DNA of 63,100 nucleotides, filler included. It is 5 parts of 5 records of this genome, joined end to end, with 100 filler letters (N's around TTAATTAATTAA, not from the genome) between each part and the next. Parts side by side here need not be neighbours in the genome. Positions count along the whole stretch, not along the records: positions 1 to 31,668 come from SRR20825010_3569; positions 31,769 to 44,423 come from SRR20825010_3570; 3 more parts are not named here. One strand, written 5' to 3'. Of the stretch, positions 28,668 through 39,367 are shown piece after piece. Each line of letters starts with the position of its first letter. The stretch's first letter is position 1. The translations under genes and the position numbers were made by a program. The notes below the pieces were generated by a model. It was not told the origin of the DNA and did no database searches. It saw only the letters and a list, made by a program, of their open reading frames with translations.

Positions 28668-31600
28668 ATGACACGACTCGCCTTAACTATACTTATTGGC
28701 ATGGCTTCATTGCTTGGCACATTGAAGTTGCAAGCTCAAGCCGATTATTCATCGACACGACTAATCATAAAATTGAAAGCAGATGTCCCAGTAACGATGC
28801 AGGGAAATGCCGTTACTTTTCCAGATGCCCCCAACAAGCAAAATCAAAGAAGAGGCCAAAAAGGAAATATCCAGCGACTGCTCCGGTCGACTCCCACCAA
28901 TGCACGAGGAAGGAGTGTGAATCAGGAGCCTCTTCTCTTGACATTCAATGAAACAATTGACATTCCTGCTAAAATGAAGGAACTGATGGCTACCGGATTG
29001 TATGAATATGTCGAGCCTGATTATGTTTCTACCATTGGAACGGACGTGGTGCCGAATGACCCGTTGTATAACCGTTTTCAATGGGGTCCTGATAACGACG
29101 GAAGCACTACCTATCCTGAAGGATTTCCAAACCGACCGGGTGCCGAAGCTGGTGCAGATATTAATATGGAGTCAGCATGGGGAATTGCTCAGGGGAATGC
29201 GATCATTACAGTTGCTGTAATTGATACGGGTATTAAATTGGATCATCCGGAATTTGCGGGAAGATGGTGGTCAGGGCCGAGCGGAGAGAAGGGTTATGAT
29301 TTTTTTAATGAAGATAGCGACCCTACAGACGACAATGGACACGGAACTCATGTGGCAGGCATCTTGGGTGCTACTGGTAACAATGCCAATCTCATGGCAG
29401 GAGTAGATTGGAATTGTAAATTGATGGCATTGAAAACCAGTGGAAGTGATGGAAATGGATTCGAATCACAATGGGTTGCGGCCATCTATTATGCTGTAGA
29501 CAATGGAGCGGACGTTATCAACATGTCACTTGGATCGTATGAGGTTACAAGTGCTGCTCAGGATGCTGTCGATTATGCCACTTCCGCAGGAGTGATCATC
29601 GTGGCTGCCGCAGGCAATGATGACACAGTTAATCCTTGGTATCCAGCCGGATTGAATGGTGTCATTGCAGTGGGAGCCATGAGCTATGATAACACCCGCG
29701 CTTCGTTCAGTAATTTTGGGAGTCATCTGTTTATTTCCGCTCCGGGAGTTTCCATTTATAGTCTTTCACACATAAATAATACAGAGTTGATTTCACTTTC
29801 TGGCACGTCTCAGGCGTCACCACTTGTGGCTGGAGTTGTATCAGTCATGAAGGGACTTGACCCTGCATTGTCAAACGAAGCTGTTAAAACAATTTTACGA
29901 TCAGCAACGCGGGATCAAATCGGTGATATCAATGATACGGAAGGCTGGGATCAATTCTTCGGGCATGGCCTTATCAATGCACATGATGCGTTGTTGTTTG
30001 TAAACCCGGGATATACCGCCAACGAAACCGTTTGTAACGGGTTTGTTTTTGATGAAAAAAACAGGACGGATTCAGGATTATACTTCGGTTCTTTCCTTGA
30101 TAAATTAGGAATGGACAGCACCGTACAATTGACTCTGACCATTCAGGGTGTAACCACTTATGAGACATTAAATATAGTCGAGTCGGTTTCGTATGAATTT
30201 TACGGTGAGACCTTAACGGCTAGCGGACAGTACACGGCAACCACCACGAATGGAGACGGTTGTGAGCATGAGGTAACACTCAATCTGACCATAAGCGGAG
30301 CGCTAGGTGCAAGTTGCGAAAATCCGTTGACCGCCTCTTTGGGGACCATTAGCGTGGATAATTCATCCGGGGATCAGTGGCATGCATTTACCGCAACTGA
30401 AAACGGAAAATTGATCGTCAGTACGTGCGGTTTGACGTCTGAAGACACGAACATTCGAGTGTATGATGATTGCAATGCTTCATTTCTGGTAAGTGGAGAT
30501 GATAATTGTTTAGGAGTGACAGCTCAAGCTACAGTGGAGCTGGCTGTATCCAATGGAACCACTTATCTGATAAACTTTCGGGATATTTACACTTCTGGAA
30601 CGTACAATGCTGATTTGTCCTTTCAGGAAGCTGTCCCAGGCCTTACTTGTTCGGAGGCAATTTTGGTTCAGTCGGGTACCCATCAGGCAGATAATTCTAC
30701 AGGAGGTGCATGGTTCAAATACAAATTTCCAGCAGAAGGATCTGTGAGCGTTCGAAATTGTGATGCAGGGCTGGATGTTGTACTTAATCATTATTCAGAT
30801 TGCGGCGCTTTTGTCGAGGAGTATGATGACAATGATGTACTTTGTACGGGTGAAGATTTAACAACTACAGGGCAGACTGACCAGCTGGTATTTTTTGAGT
30901 GGGGAGATGATCTTGAAGTTGGAATATTCAATTTCACGGTTGAATTCACTCCAACCGATCCTGCCTATTGTGACAGTTTTGTCAATGAGTTGACGCTGGA
31001 CATTACTGAGGAAGTTTCCTATGAATTTGATGGGCAAACACTGACCGAATCAGGACAATACACCGCCATGTTCTTAAGCTCCCACGAGTGCGATAGTACG
31101 GTGACGCTTAACTTGACCATAGGAAGCGGCGGGGAATGCGCTGGTGCGGATGTTACGACGCTGGCGACTACTGGAATTTATGAAGCCGACAACTCGACTG
31201 GCGATCATATTTTCAAATACGTGGCAGAAAAAACATGCAAACTGATCATTAGTTCGATTGGGATAAACAACGATCAAACATTGGATACCGAACTACATTT
31301 AAGTACAGATTGTGAAAATGTGGTCGGGATAAGCGATGATTTCAGCTTCAGCTTACAATCCAGGTTAAATCGGGATGTGACTATTGGAGACGTATACTAC
31401 ATCATTTGGAAAGCAACCAATACGAATGCGAGCTACAGCTTTCAAATTGGCTATAATGGAGAGGAGGAAACGTTCGCTTGCGACAAGCCTGCCCTTATTT
31501 CAGAAGGCAGTTATTATTCTCCACAAACTCTTGGTACCCAGTATTATCAATTCACCATGCCCTCCAATGGAAGCGCTCATTTTTATGTTGATAATGAAGC

Positions 31601-31668
31601 TACTTTGACAGTGTATGAAGATGCTAATTGCAGTGAGCTTGTTGTGAGTGAGTATAGCGAAGATGACT
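28668..31668 (+). CDS. S8 subtilisin-like serine protease with C-terminal repeats, 3'-partial
   Basis: Catalytic motifs VAVIDTG, HGTHVAG, AAAGN and SGTSQASP; truncated at the linker. Confidence 0.9.
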
Positions 31669-31768
31669 NNNNNNNNNNNNNNNNNNNNNNNNNNNNNNNN
31701 NNNNNNNNNNNNTTAATTAATTAANNNNNNNNNNNNNNNNNNNNNNNNNNNNNNNNNNNNNNNNNNNN
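31669..31768. other. Artificial contig linker
   Basis: N44-TTAATTAATTAA-N44, with stops in all six frames. Confidence 0.98.
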
Positions 31769-32042
31769 TTGGAAAAACAGGGTTATTCAGGGGCGACTGT
31801 GTAACCGTAATGTTTCGCTTTGACAGCTCTTCGACGATTCCTCGACTTGCATCCGGTTTGCTCATGTCCACCGTAATATGAATAATGGTGTTTTGAAAAT
31901 CAGGCATTTTCAGGATGGGTTCTCGAGAGCAGGATGAACCTCGAGAGGTGATAACTACGGTCCAACCATTTAATACAAAATATTGGACAAGAATTCGACC
32001 AAATTTGCCAGTCCCGCCTGTTAGTAAAACCACCTTTTTCAT
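31769..32042 (-). CDS. SDR family oxidoreductase, 3'-partial
   Basis: VVLLTGGTGKFG Rossmann motif. Confidence 0.8.
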
Positions 32043-32938
32043 GTCTGTAACCCGGCTTCTATGATCGACACCACTCGCTCGTTGAATGCATATGGGGAGC
32101 GGCAGGTTCGCGTCTGTATGCCTTCAATGAAGTCGACAAGTGCAGATTTGAATGCCGAGAACGAATCGGTGAATACCAAATCACACCAATTCGCTTCGCC
32201 GTGTACGCGAATGAAGATTGGGCTTGCAACCATTTTGCCCAGTGCTGCAAGGTCGGCTGTGATGCCTCCTGCAAAGTCTATTGCTAATCCGCTTCCGCGT
32301 TCGCCGATTGCTCGAGCGGTAGTTCGTACAGGGAGAGTAGACTCCCCAAGCAGGCAAAGTAACGGTTCGATCAGGTGGATCGAATATTTTTCCCAGCCAT
32401 TCGGTGTTACTGCCTGAATGTGTTTGATGTTGCCTATGCGCCTGTGATCCGCTTCACTCAGGACTAATTCCCTAGAATAGCGAAGTGCAGAGCAGGTGAA
32501 CAGCTGACCCTCGTAGCACTGATGCTTGTAGAGTCTTCGCAGTGCTTGCATGGACAGCGCAACAGGCTTGTCGATATACACTGGCACGCCAGCTTCAAGA
32601 AAAGGGCGGGCAAAACCAATGTGATGCTCTGCATCGTCTCGCGCCAGCAAAAGTGCGTCGATTTGTCCAATCATTTCCTTTGGGTCATCCACCACATTGG
32701 CAATCAGTGCTGCGTGTGCAATCGAATAAGACAACACCCGGTCTTGGGTCCAGATGTGGGTAACTTCGACACCAGAAATACGTGCTTCTGGCCAAGTTTG
32801 ATTGGCCAAATAGTGTGGAATGGAAGGGAATTTGCAACAGGCCATGTGTTCTGGGGAATAACCGTTGCAGATTGCCGCCCAGGAATAGGGATGTCCGTTC
32901 CCCTCCGACATCCCAATTAATCCAAGTTTGAGCACCAT
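32039..32938 (-). CDS. Gfo/Idh/MocA family oxidoreductase
   Basis: LGLIGMSEGNGHP; PVYIDKPVA; SALRYS. Confidence 0.75.
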   Translation of the reverse strand: MVLKLGLIGMSEGNGHPYSWAAICNGYSPEHMACCKFPSIPHYLANQTWPEARISGVEVTHIWTQDRVLSYSIAHAALIANVVDDPKEMIGQIDALLLARDDAEHHIGFARPFLEAGVPVYIDKPVALSMQALRRLYKHQCYEGQLFTCSALRYSRELVLSEADHRRIGNIKHIQAVTPNGWEKYSIHLIEPLLCLLGESTLPVRTTARAIGERGSGLAIDFAGGITADLAALGKMVASPIFIRVHGEANWCDLVFTDSFSAFKSALVDFIEGIQTRTCRSPYAFNERVVSIIEAGLQT

Positions 32939-33801
32939 TACTTTTTCCAGTTAACCGGTTCGACGAGCAATGGGTTGCTGCAAGCTAGCGCTGTGCAATC
33001 CACGGCAAGATCTGTTTTCCAAGCTTGAACCAGCTGATTGAAATGTTGCAGGTTGTCGACGCCGACCACAACCCGGGACACACCAGAATGTTGCCGAACG
33101 AACCCCATGCACAGGTCTAGTCGTGATTCGCCGCGCTCTTGCGCCAGTTTGTCCCACTGTTCCCAAAGCTTGTGCCATACATTAAAGCTCGCCGGGCGCA
33201 TCTGTGGCGGCATCAAAAGGAGGCCTTGCAGAAATACAGACCGCGTGTGCACCTCAACTCCTGCATTCATCAAGCGCTTCAGCCAGCCAGTATTTACCAG
33301 TCGCTGATCAAATATGTTGAGCGGGGCCTGAATCAGGTCTGGCGGCAATACATCAAGCAAGCGGGTCAGCTGTTCGGGTCCATAAATGGAATAGCCGATC
33401 TTTGCAACAAAACCTTCCGCTTTTGCTTCTGCCAATCCTGCCTTTATTCGTAGCCCTTCGGAATCAAGGAGATCGGACGCATCGTGCAGCAGCAACCCAC
33501 CCAGTTGTTTCACCCCAAGTTTTGCAAGAGAACGCTGAACATGATCCAAGACCCAACGCCGACCGTCTGTGCCCCCGTTTTTGAATGTAGGCACTTTGCT
33601 GACTATGTTCCAGCCGGACACGCCGATCTCGCCCAGAACCTGTTCACTTTCACCATAAGCACTTGCTGTGTCGAGGGTGTCCAATCCGGATTCCCATGCA
33701 GATTGGATAATGCGGCATGTCTCGTCCCGAGGTGTTTGCCCTGTGGAGTTCGCGATGCCGTAGTTAAGTCCGAATTGGGCGGTGCCCAGTGCCAATTTCA
33801 T
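32938..33801 (-). CDS. Aldo/keto reductase
   Basis: LALGTAQFG; LDTASAYGESE; RSVFLQG. Confidence 0.9.
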   Translation of the reverse strand: MKLALGTAQFGLNYGIANSTGQTPRDETCRIIQSAWESGLDTLDTASAYGESEQVLGEIGVSGWNIVSKVPTFKNGGTDGRRWVLDHVQRSLAKLGVKQLGGLLLHDASDLLDSEGLRIKAGLAEAKAEGFVAKIGYSIYGPEQLTRLLDVLPPDLIQAPLNIFDQRLVNTGWLKRLMNAGVEVHTRSVFLQGLLLMPPQMRPASFNVWHKLWEQWDKLAQERGESRLDLCMGFVRQHSGVSRVVVGVDNLQHFNQLVQAWKTDLAVDCTALACSNPLLVEPVNWKK

Positions 33802-35003
33802 TGACCAAGTGCCTTCCTGAGCGTCGCCACCACCCGGTCTTGTTGTTCATTATTCATTGCAGGATACATCGGAATGCTGATGGTTTCATGGTAGTAGCGT
33901 TCAGCTTCCGGGCAGTATCCTGCCTTGAAGCCCATGGCTTCATAGATCGGTTGCCGATATACCGGTATATAGTGAAGATTGACCAGAATGCCCTCGGCTC
34001 GCAGCACGTCGTAAACCTCCCGTTGCGTTTTGCTTGTTTTGTCTGCATTCAGTCGGATTGGGTAAAGGTGATAGCTTGAATGGCTGTCCGGATGTTGCCA
34101 CGGTGTTTTGACGGGCAGCTCAGCCAGCAAGAGGTTGTAGCGCTCGGCAAGCGCATGGCGTTTGGTGACAAACTCGTCCAGTCGCTTCATTTGGTTGAGG
34201 CCAAGCGCTGCCTGGATGTCTGTCATTCGATAGTTGAATCCAAGGTCGATTTGCTGGTAGTTCCAGATTTCTTGCTCGGGTCTTGGGCGCATTTCTTCAC
34301 TGGAGCTGGTGATCCCGTGGCTGCGCAGCAGGCGCAGGCGCCTGGCCAGCGAGGTGTTATTGGTGACTGCCACACCACCTTCGCCAGTCGTGATGATCTT
34401 CACTGGGTGGAAACTAAAGACGGTGATGTCGCTGTATATGGACCCACCAATGTGCCCTGTTTTGTATCGAGCACCAATTGCATGCGACGCATCTTCGATG
34501 ATTTTGAATCCATATTCCTTGCTGAGCGAATGAATGCCTTCCATGTCGCAGGACTGACCACACATGTGAACTGGAATGACCACCTTGGGCAGTCTATTGA
34601 GTTTCTTTGCAGCAGCTAACTTTGATGCCAAGCATTCCACATCCATGTTGTAGGTGCGAGAGTTAATGTCAACAAAATCGATAGTTGCTCCACAATAAAG
34701 CGCACAATTTGAGGATGCAACAAATGTTATAGGGGAAGTCCAAACAAAGTCTCCTTTGCCGACCCCAAGTGCTAAGCAGGCAGTGTGAAGCGCGCTGGTC
34801 GCACTATTCACTGCAATCGCATATTCACTTTTTACGTATTTAGCAATAGCTTGTTCAAACGCAGGCACCACAGGCCCTTGAGTAAGAAAGTCTGATTTCA
34901 GTACGGATATCACCGCTTCGATATCGCCTTGGTCGATGTCTTGCTTACCATAGGGGATCGAGTCTTTCACGTCAAAGCTAATTGTGGGTTTGGGGCTGCG
35001 CAT
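33798..35003 (-). CDS. pseC: PseC-type DegT/DnrJ sugar aminotransferase
   Basis: IPYGKQ..SDFLTQGP; EDASHAIG; FSFHPVKIITTGEGG; GFNYRMTDIQAALG. Confidence 0.85.
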   Translation of the reverse strand: MRSPKPTISFDVKDSIPYGKQDIDQGDIEAVISVLKSDFLTQGPVVPAFEQAIAKYVKSEYAIAVNSATSALHTACLALGVGKGDFVWTSPITFVASSNCALYCGATIDFVDINSRTYNMDVECLASKLAAAKKLNRLPKVVIPVHMCGQSCDMEGIHSLSKEYGFKIIEDASHAIGARYKTGHIGGSIYSDITVFSFHPVKIITTGEGGVAVTNNTSLARRLRLLRSHGITSSSEEMRPRPEQEIWNYQQIDLGFNYRMTDIQAALGLNQMKRLDEFVTKRHALAERYNLLLAELPVKTPWQHPDSHSSYHLYPIRLNADKTSKTQREVYDVLRAEGILVNLHYIPVYRQPIYEAMGFKAGYCPEAERYYHETISIPMYPAMNNEQQDRVVATLRKALGQ

Positions 35004-35006
35004 GTT

Positions 35007-36761
35007 TCAGATTTTCACTATGTCGTTGTAAGTTCCAGTGCGGCAAATTCGGCCACCCTCTAATTGTATGATGTTAGTGCAGTGTTTAAGTGTGCTGAGT
35101 CGATGGGCCACTATAAAGATGGTAAGTTCTTTATCTAGGTTTTCCAAGGACGACATAACGGCCTCCTCAGTTTTGTTATCTAATGCGCTAGTAGCCTCAT
35201 CGAAAATGATTACATCTGCTTTTTTGTACAGTGCGCGAGCAATTCCAATTCTTTGCCGTTGACCGCCAGAAATTCGAACGCCACGTTCTCCTATTTTGGT
35301 TTCGTATTGATCCGGCCAAGATTCAATGGTCTCACTGATTTGTGCTTTCTTAGCTGCATAGCGCACACGGTCGTGATCAATTAGCGATGGGGGAAATCCA
35401 AATGCAATATTCTCAGTTATGCTCGAATCCGACAGGAATATTGTTTGTGGTACGTGAGCAATAAGTGCTTGCCAATCCCTCAAATTGTTTTCGTCAATCG
35501 GTACTCCGTCTATTGCTAAGTTTCCTGTGGTTGGTGGGAGAAGTCCCATAAGAATGTCAAGAAAGGTACTTTTGCCACTTCCTGTCGTGCCTAATATTCC
35601 TATCCGACTTCCCTTTTGAATTTGTAGGGTTAATGTGCTTAGAGTAGTTGAGGGATTAGTGGTATATCGAAATGAAATGTTTTGTAGGGAAATTGTTTTG
35701 CTGAAATCAATTGGGTTCTTGGAAATAACTCCGGCAGAGGCGGGTGTCTTTTGATCAAGTAGAGCTAAAACATCACTCAGCGACATAATTGCCCCTTGAA
35801 TTGATGTTATGGACGAGAAGGCGTTTTGTAATACGGGAAGCAAGCGTTGGGCGCCCAGGGCGAACGCTCCTAGTAACGGAATTGCATCAGTCTTTGTCGT
35901 TGGGTCTTGTGTCATCCAAAATGCAACGGCAGCGATTGTGACCATTCCTAGTGTTTCGATTACATAGCGGGGGTATTGACTTATGAACTGATTTGTTTCC
36001 TGAGCATTCCGTAGTGCTTTGTCAGATTCTTTATAGATCTCGCAATAAACAACTTGTGAGCCGTCAATTAATATGTCGCGAATTCCCCCCAGCCCTTCTT
36101 GCATGGCTTTCACAACTCGGGTTGATTGCTCTGCAATGCAGTGTCCGGCAGCGTTAACCCGTTTGTGAGTGTTTTTTATAATTAAGGCATAAATTGATCC
36201 GAATAAACATAAAGTAATGATGCTGATTTGTGGATCTATAAATAATAACGCAGTGGAGATTACAGTCAAAATTATGACTGAACTTAGCAGTGTGAGGGAA
36301 GGGATAATAATTCCATAAATTACGGTCGTGGTTTTTGTGATTACCCCGGCTATGACCTCACTGCTGTTGCGTGTTATGTGCACGGAGTATGGTTGGAAAA
36401 GGGTTCGCCAGTAAATGTTTGCACTTAGGTCGGCCCCTATTGAAAACCCTAATTTTGTACTTATTTTAAGCAGTAATAATCTTATGCCGCCCGCAATAAT
36501 TGCGGCTGTTGCGAAAATAATTGAAAAGGGACCTATAAGTTGATTAGGTTGCTCTATTGATAAAATTCTTAGAAAAGGTTGAGCCTTTGGAAATGAGAAA
36601 AATTTCTCTGGTTCAATTAATATGCTTAGAAAAGGAATAACAGCCCCGATACTCACAACTTCTGCTATTGAGCATGTAATCATTAATCCAAATAAAAAAA
36701 TTAATTGTTTTCTCTTCGTCTGGTCTATGTGCCTCCAGAGTCTGAATAGATCTTGATTCAT
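35007..36761 (-). CDS. ABC exporter (fused TMD and NBD) of a glycan cluster
   Basis: GTTGSGKS; ISGGQRQR; IIFDEATSALD. Confidence 0.92.
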   Translation of the reverse strand: MNQDLFRLWRHIDQTKRKQLIFLFGLMITCSIAEVVSIGAVIPFLSILIEPEKFFSFPKAQPFLRILSIEQPNQLIGPFSIIFATAAIIAGGIRLLLLKISTKLGFSIGADLSANIYWRTLFQPYSVHITRNSSEVIAGVITKTTTVIYGIIIPSLTLLSSVIILTVISTALLFIDPQISIITLCLFGSIYALIIKNTHKRVNAAGHCIAEQSTRVVKAMQEGLGGIRDILIDGSQVVYCEIYKESDKALRNAQETNQFISQYPRYVIETLGMVTIAAVAFWMTQDPTTKTDAIPLLGAFALGAQRLLPVLQNAFSSITSIQGAIMSLSDVLALLDQKTPASAGVISKNPIDFSKTISLQNISFRYTTNPSTTLSTLTLQIQKGSRIGILGTTGSGKSTFLDILMGLLPPTTGNLAIDGVPIDENNLRDWQALIAHVPQTIFLSDSSITENIAFGFPPSLIDHDRVRYAAKKAQISETIESWPDQYETKIGERGVRISGGQRQRIGIARALYKKADVIIFDEATSALDNKTEEAVMSSLENLDKELTIFIVAHRLSTLKHCTNIIQLEGGRICRTGTYNDIVKI

Positions 36762-36882
36762 TTGATGGGATGAAAATCTTTAAAAATTTTATTTGGCCGA
36801 ATGCGTTTACGCAAATTTATTTGTAGTCTTGAAAATTCTCATGCTCGCATTTCTGATAATTATGGATCTCATTTCTACATCA

Positions 36883-37218
36883 CTACTTTATTTCAGATTT
36901 CAAAGCCTCAATCTCCGCCTTCAACGCCTCGTACTCTTCCATCTTTCGCCTCAGAAAAGCACTGGTCAGCTTTGCTTTCTCTGCAATACCCCTGGGTGTA
37001 AGTACATACACATACCCAAACTTGTTTTTGCTGTTGGCAAAGTTCTGCATTTTCACCAAGCCTTTTTCCGTCAGGGCTTTCAGGCAGTAGTTCAGCCCGC
37101 CCACGCTAACGCCTAGCTTTTCAGCCAGTTCACGTTGGGTAAGGTCGGGGTTTTCTTCCAGCAGCCGCATCACGCGGTAGTTGGTATCTTCCTGAATTTT
37201 GGCTTGGCGACTGGTCAT
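36883..37218 (-). CDS. EPS-associated MarR family regulator
   Basis: LTQRELAEKLGVSVGGLNYCL..YVYVLTPRGIAEK; ATG 37218. Confidence 0.92.
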   Translation of the reverse strand: MTSRQAKIQEDTNYRVMRLLEENPDLTQRELAEKLGVSVGGLNYCLKALTEKGLVKMQNFANSKNKFGYVYVLTPRGIAEKAKLTSAFLRRKMEEYEALKAEIEALKSEIK

Positions 37219-37233
37219 TTTTTGGGTTTTGGG

Positions 37234-37270
37234 CACGCTACCGCCCTGCTGTGTAACGGTCAGCATTCGC
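37234..37270 (-). promoter_or_regulatory. JUMPstart/ops element (RfaH-type antitermination)
   Basis: Minus strand TGCTG-accgttaca-CAGCA-g-GGCGGTAGCGTG; ops at 37234-37245. Confidence 0.85.
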
Positions 37271-37418
37271 AAGTAGAAAAGCTAGGATAACGAAGATTTG
37301 TTAAAGTTTGAACAATCCGGGTAGGTCTGGCCGAATATTTTCTGTGCCCCCGCATTTGCGGGGGGAATTACCGCACTGTCTGCCCTCAAGTTGATTGGCC
37401 AGCTACTTGGTGCCGTAA

Positions 37419-37437
37419 GTGAAGGTCGTCCCGCCGC
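37419..37437 (+). repeat. 19-bp direct repeat, second copy at 41739-41757
   Basis: GTGAAGGTCGTCCCGCCGC versus GTGAGGGTCGTCCCGCCGC. Confidence 0.85.
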
Positions 37438-37440
37438 GAC

Positions 37441-37767
37441 GTCTTGGATCGGCCGGCTTTTTCGCAGCCAAATGGACAACCCGTCTTGAAGCCGAGTGGA
37501 TCAGATCGCTTGAAAAGCAGCGGCCAGATTTGGTTGGAAAGCTTGAGGTGCGACGCGACTGTATGCGCGAGGCCGTTCCCGATTTCGGTTTTGACCGAAT
37601 ATGGGATTGAAGCTGTTGATCCAGTGGGGGCGATCACGGCTTTTAAACTGATGCGGGCGCGCCGCAAGAAGCCAAAATCAGACCCGGAAGACTTTGCATA
37701 TGCATTAGAGGTGGGAGGATTGCCAATGACTGCGGAAAGTATACGGCTGGCTGCGGAGTTGATTTGA
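37441..37767 (+). pseudogene. PIN-domain protein remnant with internal deletions and a frameshift
   Basis: AGFFAAKWTTRLEAEWIRSLEKQRPDL..MREAVPD in one frame, then FP..LTEYGIEAVDP..GLPMTA in the next frame. Confidence 0.65.
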
Positions 37768-37895
37768 TAGTGCTTGCATCACCATGCATGGCAAGGCGGC
37801 CTCCCCCCATCGAATGACCACTGAAGGCGTTTTTTGTCACCATGGCTACATGGTGCTAGCCTGCTTCATTCTTTGTAATGGGTTGGGCTTAAACC

Positions 37896-38372
37896 ATGCG
37901 CTGCATTTTGTTTGCCTTGGCACTGTTGTTGCCACTTGCCCCTGAACAGTCGGAGGCTTTTGTGTTCAAAAAAGTTGTGTACAGCTCGCCGGTGGAGGGC
38001 GCTATTCATTGGGGTGGGAAGCCCTTGCCCAACGTAACCATAACCCGTGAACTTTACAGCGGTGGTTTCAAGAACGACCGCTATGAAGACACGGCGCAAA
38101 CGAATTCGCAGGGTGCGTTCAATTTACCTGTGGTTGAGGAGAGGCGCTTGTTTCGGCCAGATTTGTTGTCGGCGAATCCGACAGTTTATCAGTCGATGAC
38201 GCTAATTTTTGATGGTCATAGATATGCTTTTTGGTCTCATTCCAAGCACAACTTCTTTGAGAGGAGTGAAGGAACGGGTGGTGTACTCATCATTGATTGT
38301 GACCTGTCCAAGCATGAAGACCACGACGATTTTCGTATTGTGAGATGTAAGCACAACGGGAGCGAAAGATGA
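37896..38372 (+). CDS. Secreted DUF6795-like protein, putative lipase-effector immunity protein
   Basis: Signal peptide; SPVEG..GKPLPNVTITR..TNSQGAFNLP; ATGA overlap with the lipase. Confidence 0.6.
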   Translation: MRCILFALALLLPLAPEQSEAFVFKKVVYSSPVEGAIHWGGKPLPNVTITRELYSGGFKNDRYEDTAQTNSQGAFNLPVVEERRLFRPDLLSANPTVYQSMTLIFDGHRYAFWSHSKHNFFERSEGTGGVLIIDCDLSKHEDHDDFRIVRCKHNGSER

Positions 38373-39282
38373 GGCCTTTAAGTCCCGCTCAAATTTATGG
38401 GTTCTCTGAAAAAACCTATGAGGCCAGAAAACTGAATAATCTTTTATTCAGAGAATTGTTGGGTAAAAATTTTCCATTCGTAAAGGTAAGCACAGCTCAA
38501 ATCATCACCGCCACTTCAGGCCTTGGCCTTCGCGCAAGCAGTGGTTTTGGTTTCATGGCCCAGCTCAATGGTGGGCGTTCAAAGGAAATTGTGATCGTTA
38601 CACGCGGTACCTCGACCGCAGCCGACTGGGCCACCGCCTTGGCGGTGCGCTGGCCAATTTGAATGCGGCAGCTTGCGCTGAACTGGGCATGAATTCATAC
38701 CTTTACAGCGTGGCAGCGCCACGGGTGGGCTTGGTGCCGTGTTACCCCTTTGTGCACGCCCCATATATTCGTGGTACGCACTTGCTCGATGGCGGTATGC
38801 TGAAAATCAACCCCATGCAGCACATGCTGGGAAATGGCTATAAGGCCATGATCAACAGCAGCTGGAAGCAACTAAAAAGCGCAAGCCAGGGCAAGCAACA
38901 GCAGTTGGAAAACTCCCTGCGCTTGGCAATGAACAAAGATGCAGGCTACTTCGAGCAGATTGCCAACATGCCGGGGGCCATGTTCTCGGGCAGGTTGTTG
39001 AATCGCGTGGGCGCGCAAAGTTTGCTAACAGTGAGCCACTACGGCACAGGGGCATTCACTGTGTTGGACCAGCTTGCCGAGCTGTTGGCTCGCTATGCGC
39101 AAGGCGGCTACAAAAGGGCCAAGGAAACTGTAGGTTTGCTCAATGCCGTAATGGCTTACCTGGGGCGAGCAGCCAATAGCGTGAAAGACGCAACGGTGGC
39201 CACCATACGCTGGGTATTTGCGCTTTTGCTGCAATCGGTCAACACCATGGCCAAAATGGCGCTAGAGCTTGTGGGGCGGTAG
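38369..39282 (+). pseudogene. Class 3 lipase (Tle-like) inactivated by internal deletions
   Basis: IVTRGT..DW, then a frameshift into LGGALA (GHS missing); APRVG joined directly to VPCYPFVHAP. Confidence 0.7.
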
Positions 39283-39296
39283 GTGTGTCCTACTGC

Positions 39297-39332
39297 ACCA
39301 CCAGCCGCGCAATCGCCTGCGGGGCTGGTGGT
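39297..39332. terminator. Hairpin between convergent genes
   Basis: ACCACCAGCC...GGCTGGTGGT. Confidence 0.55.
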
Positions 39333-39367
39333 ATTAAAGTTTTTTCAAGCAGATGTGGCTCGGTGCT

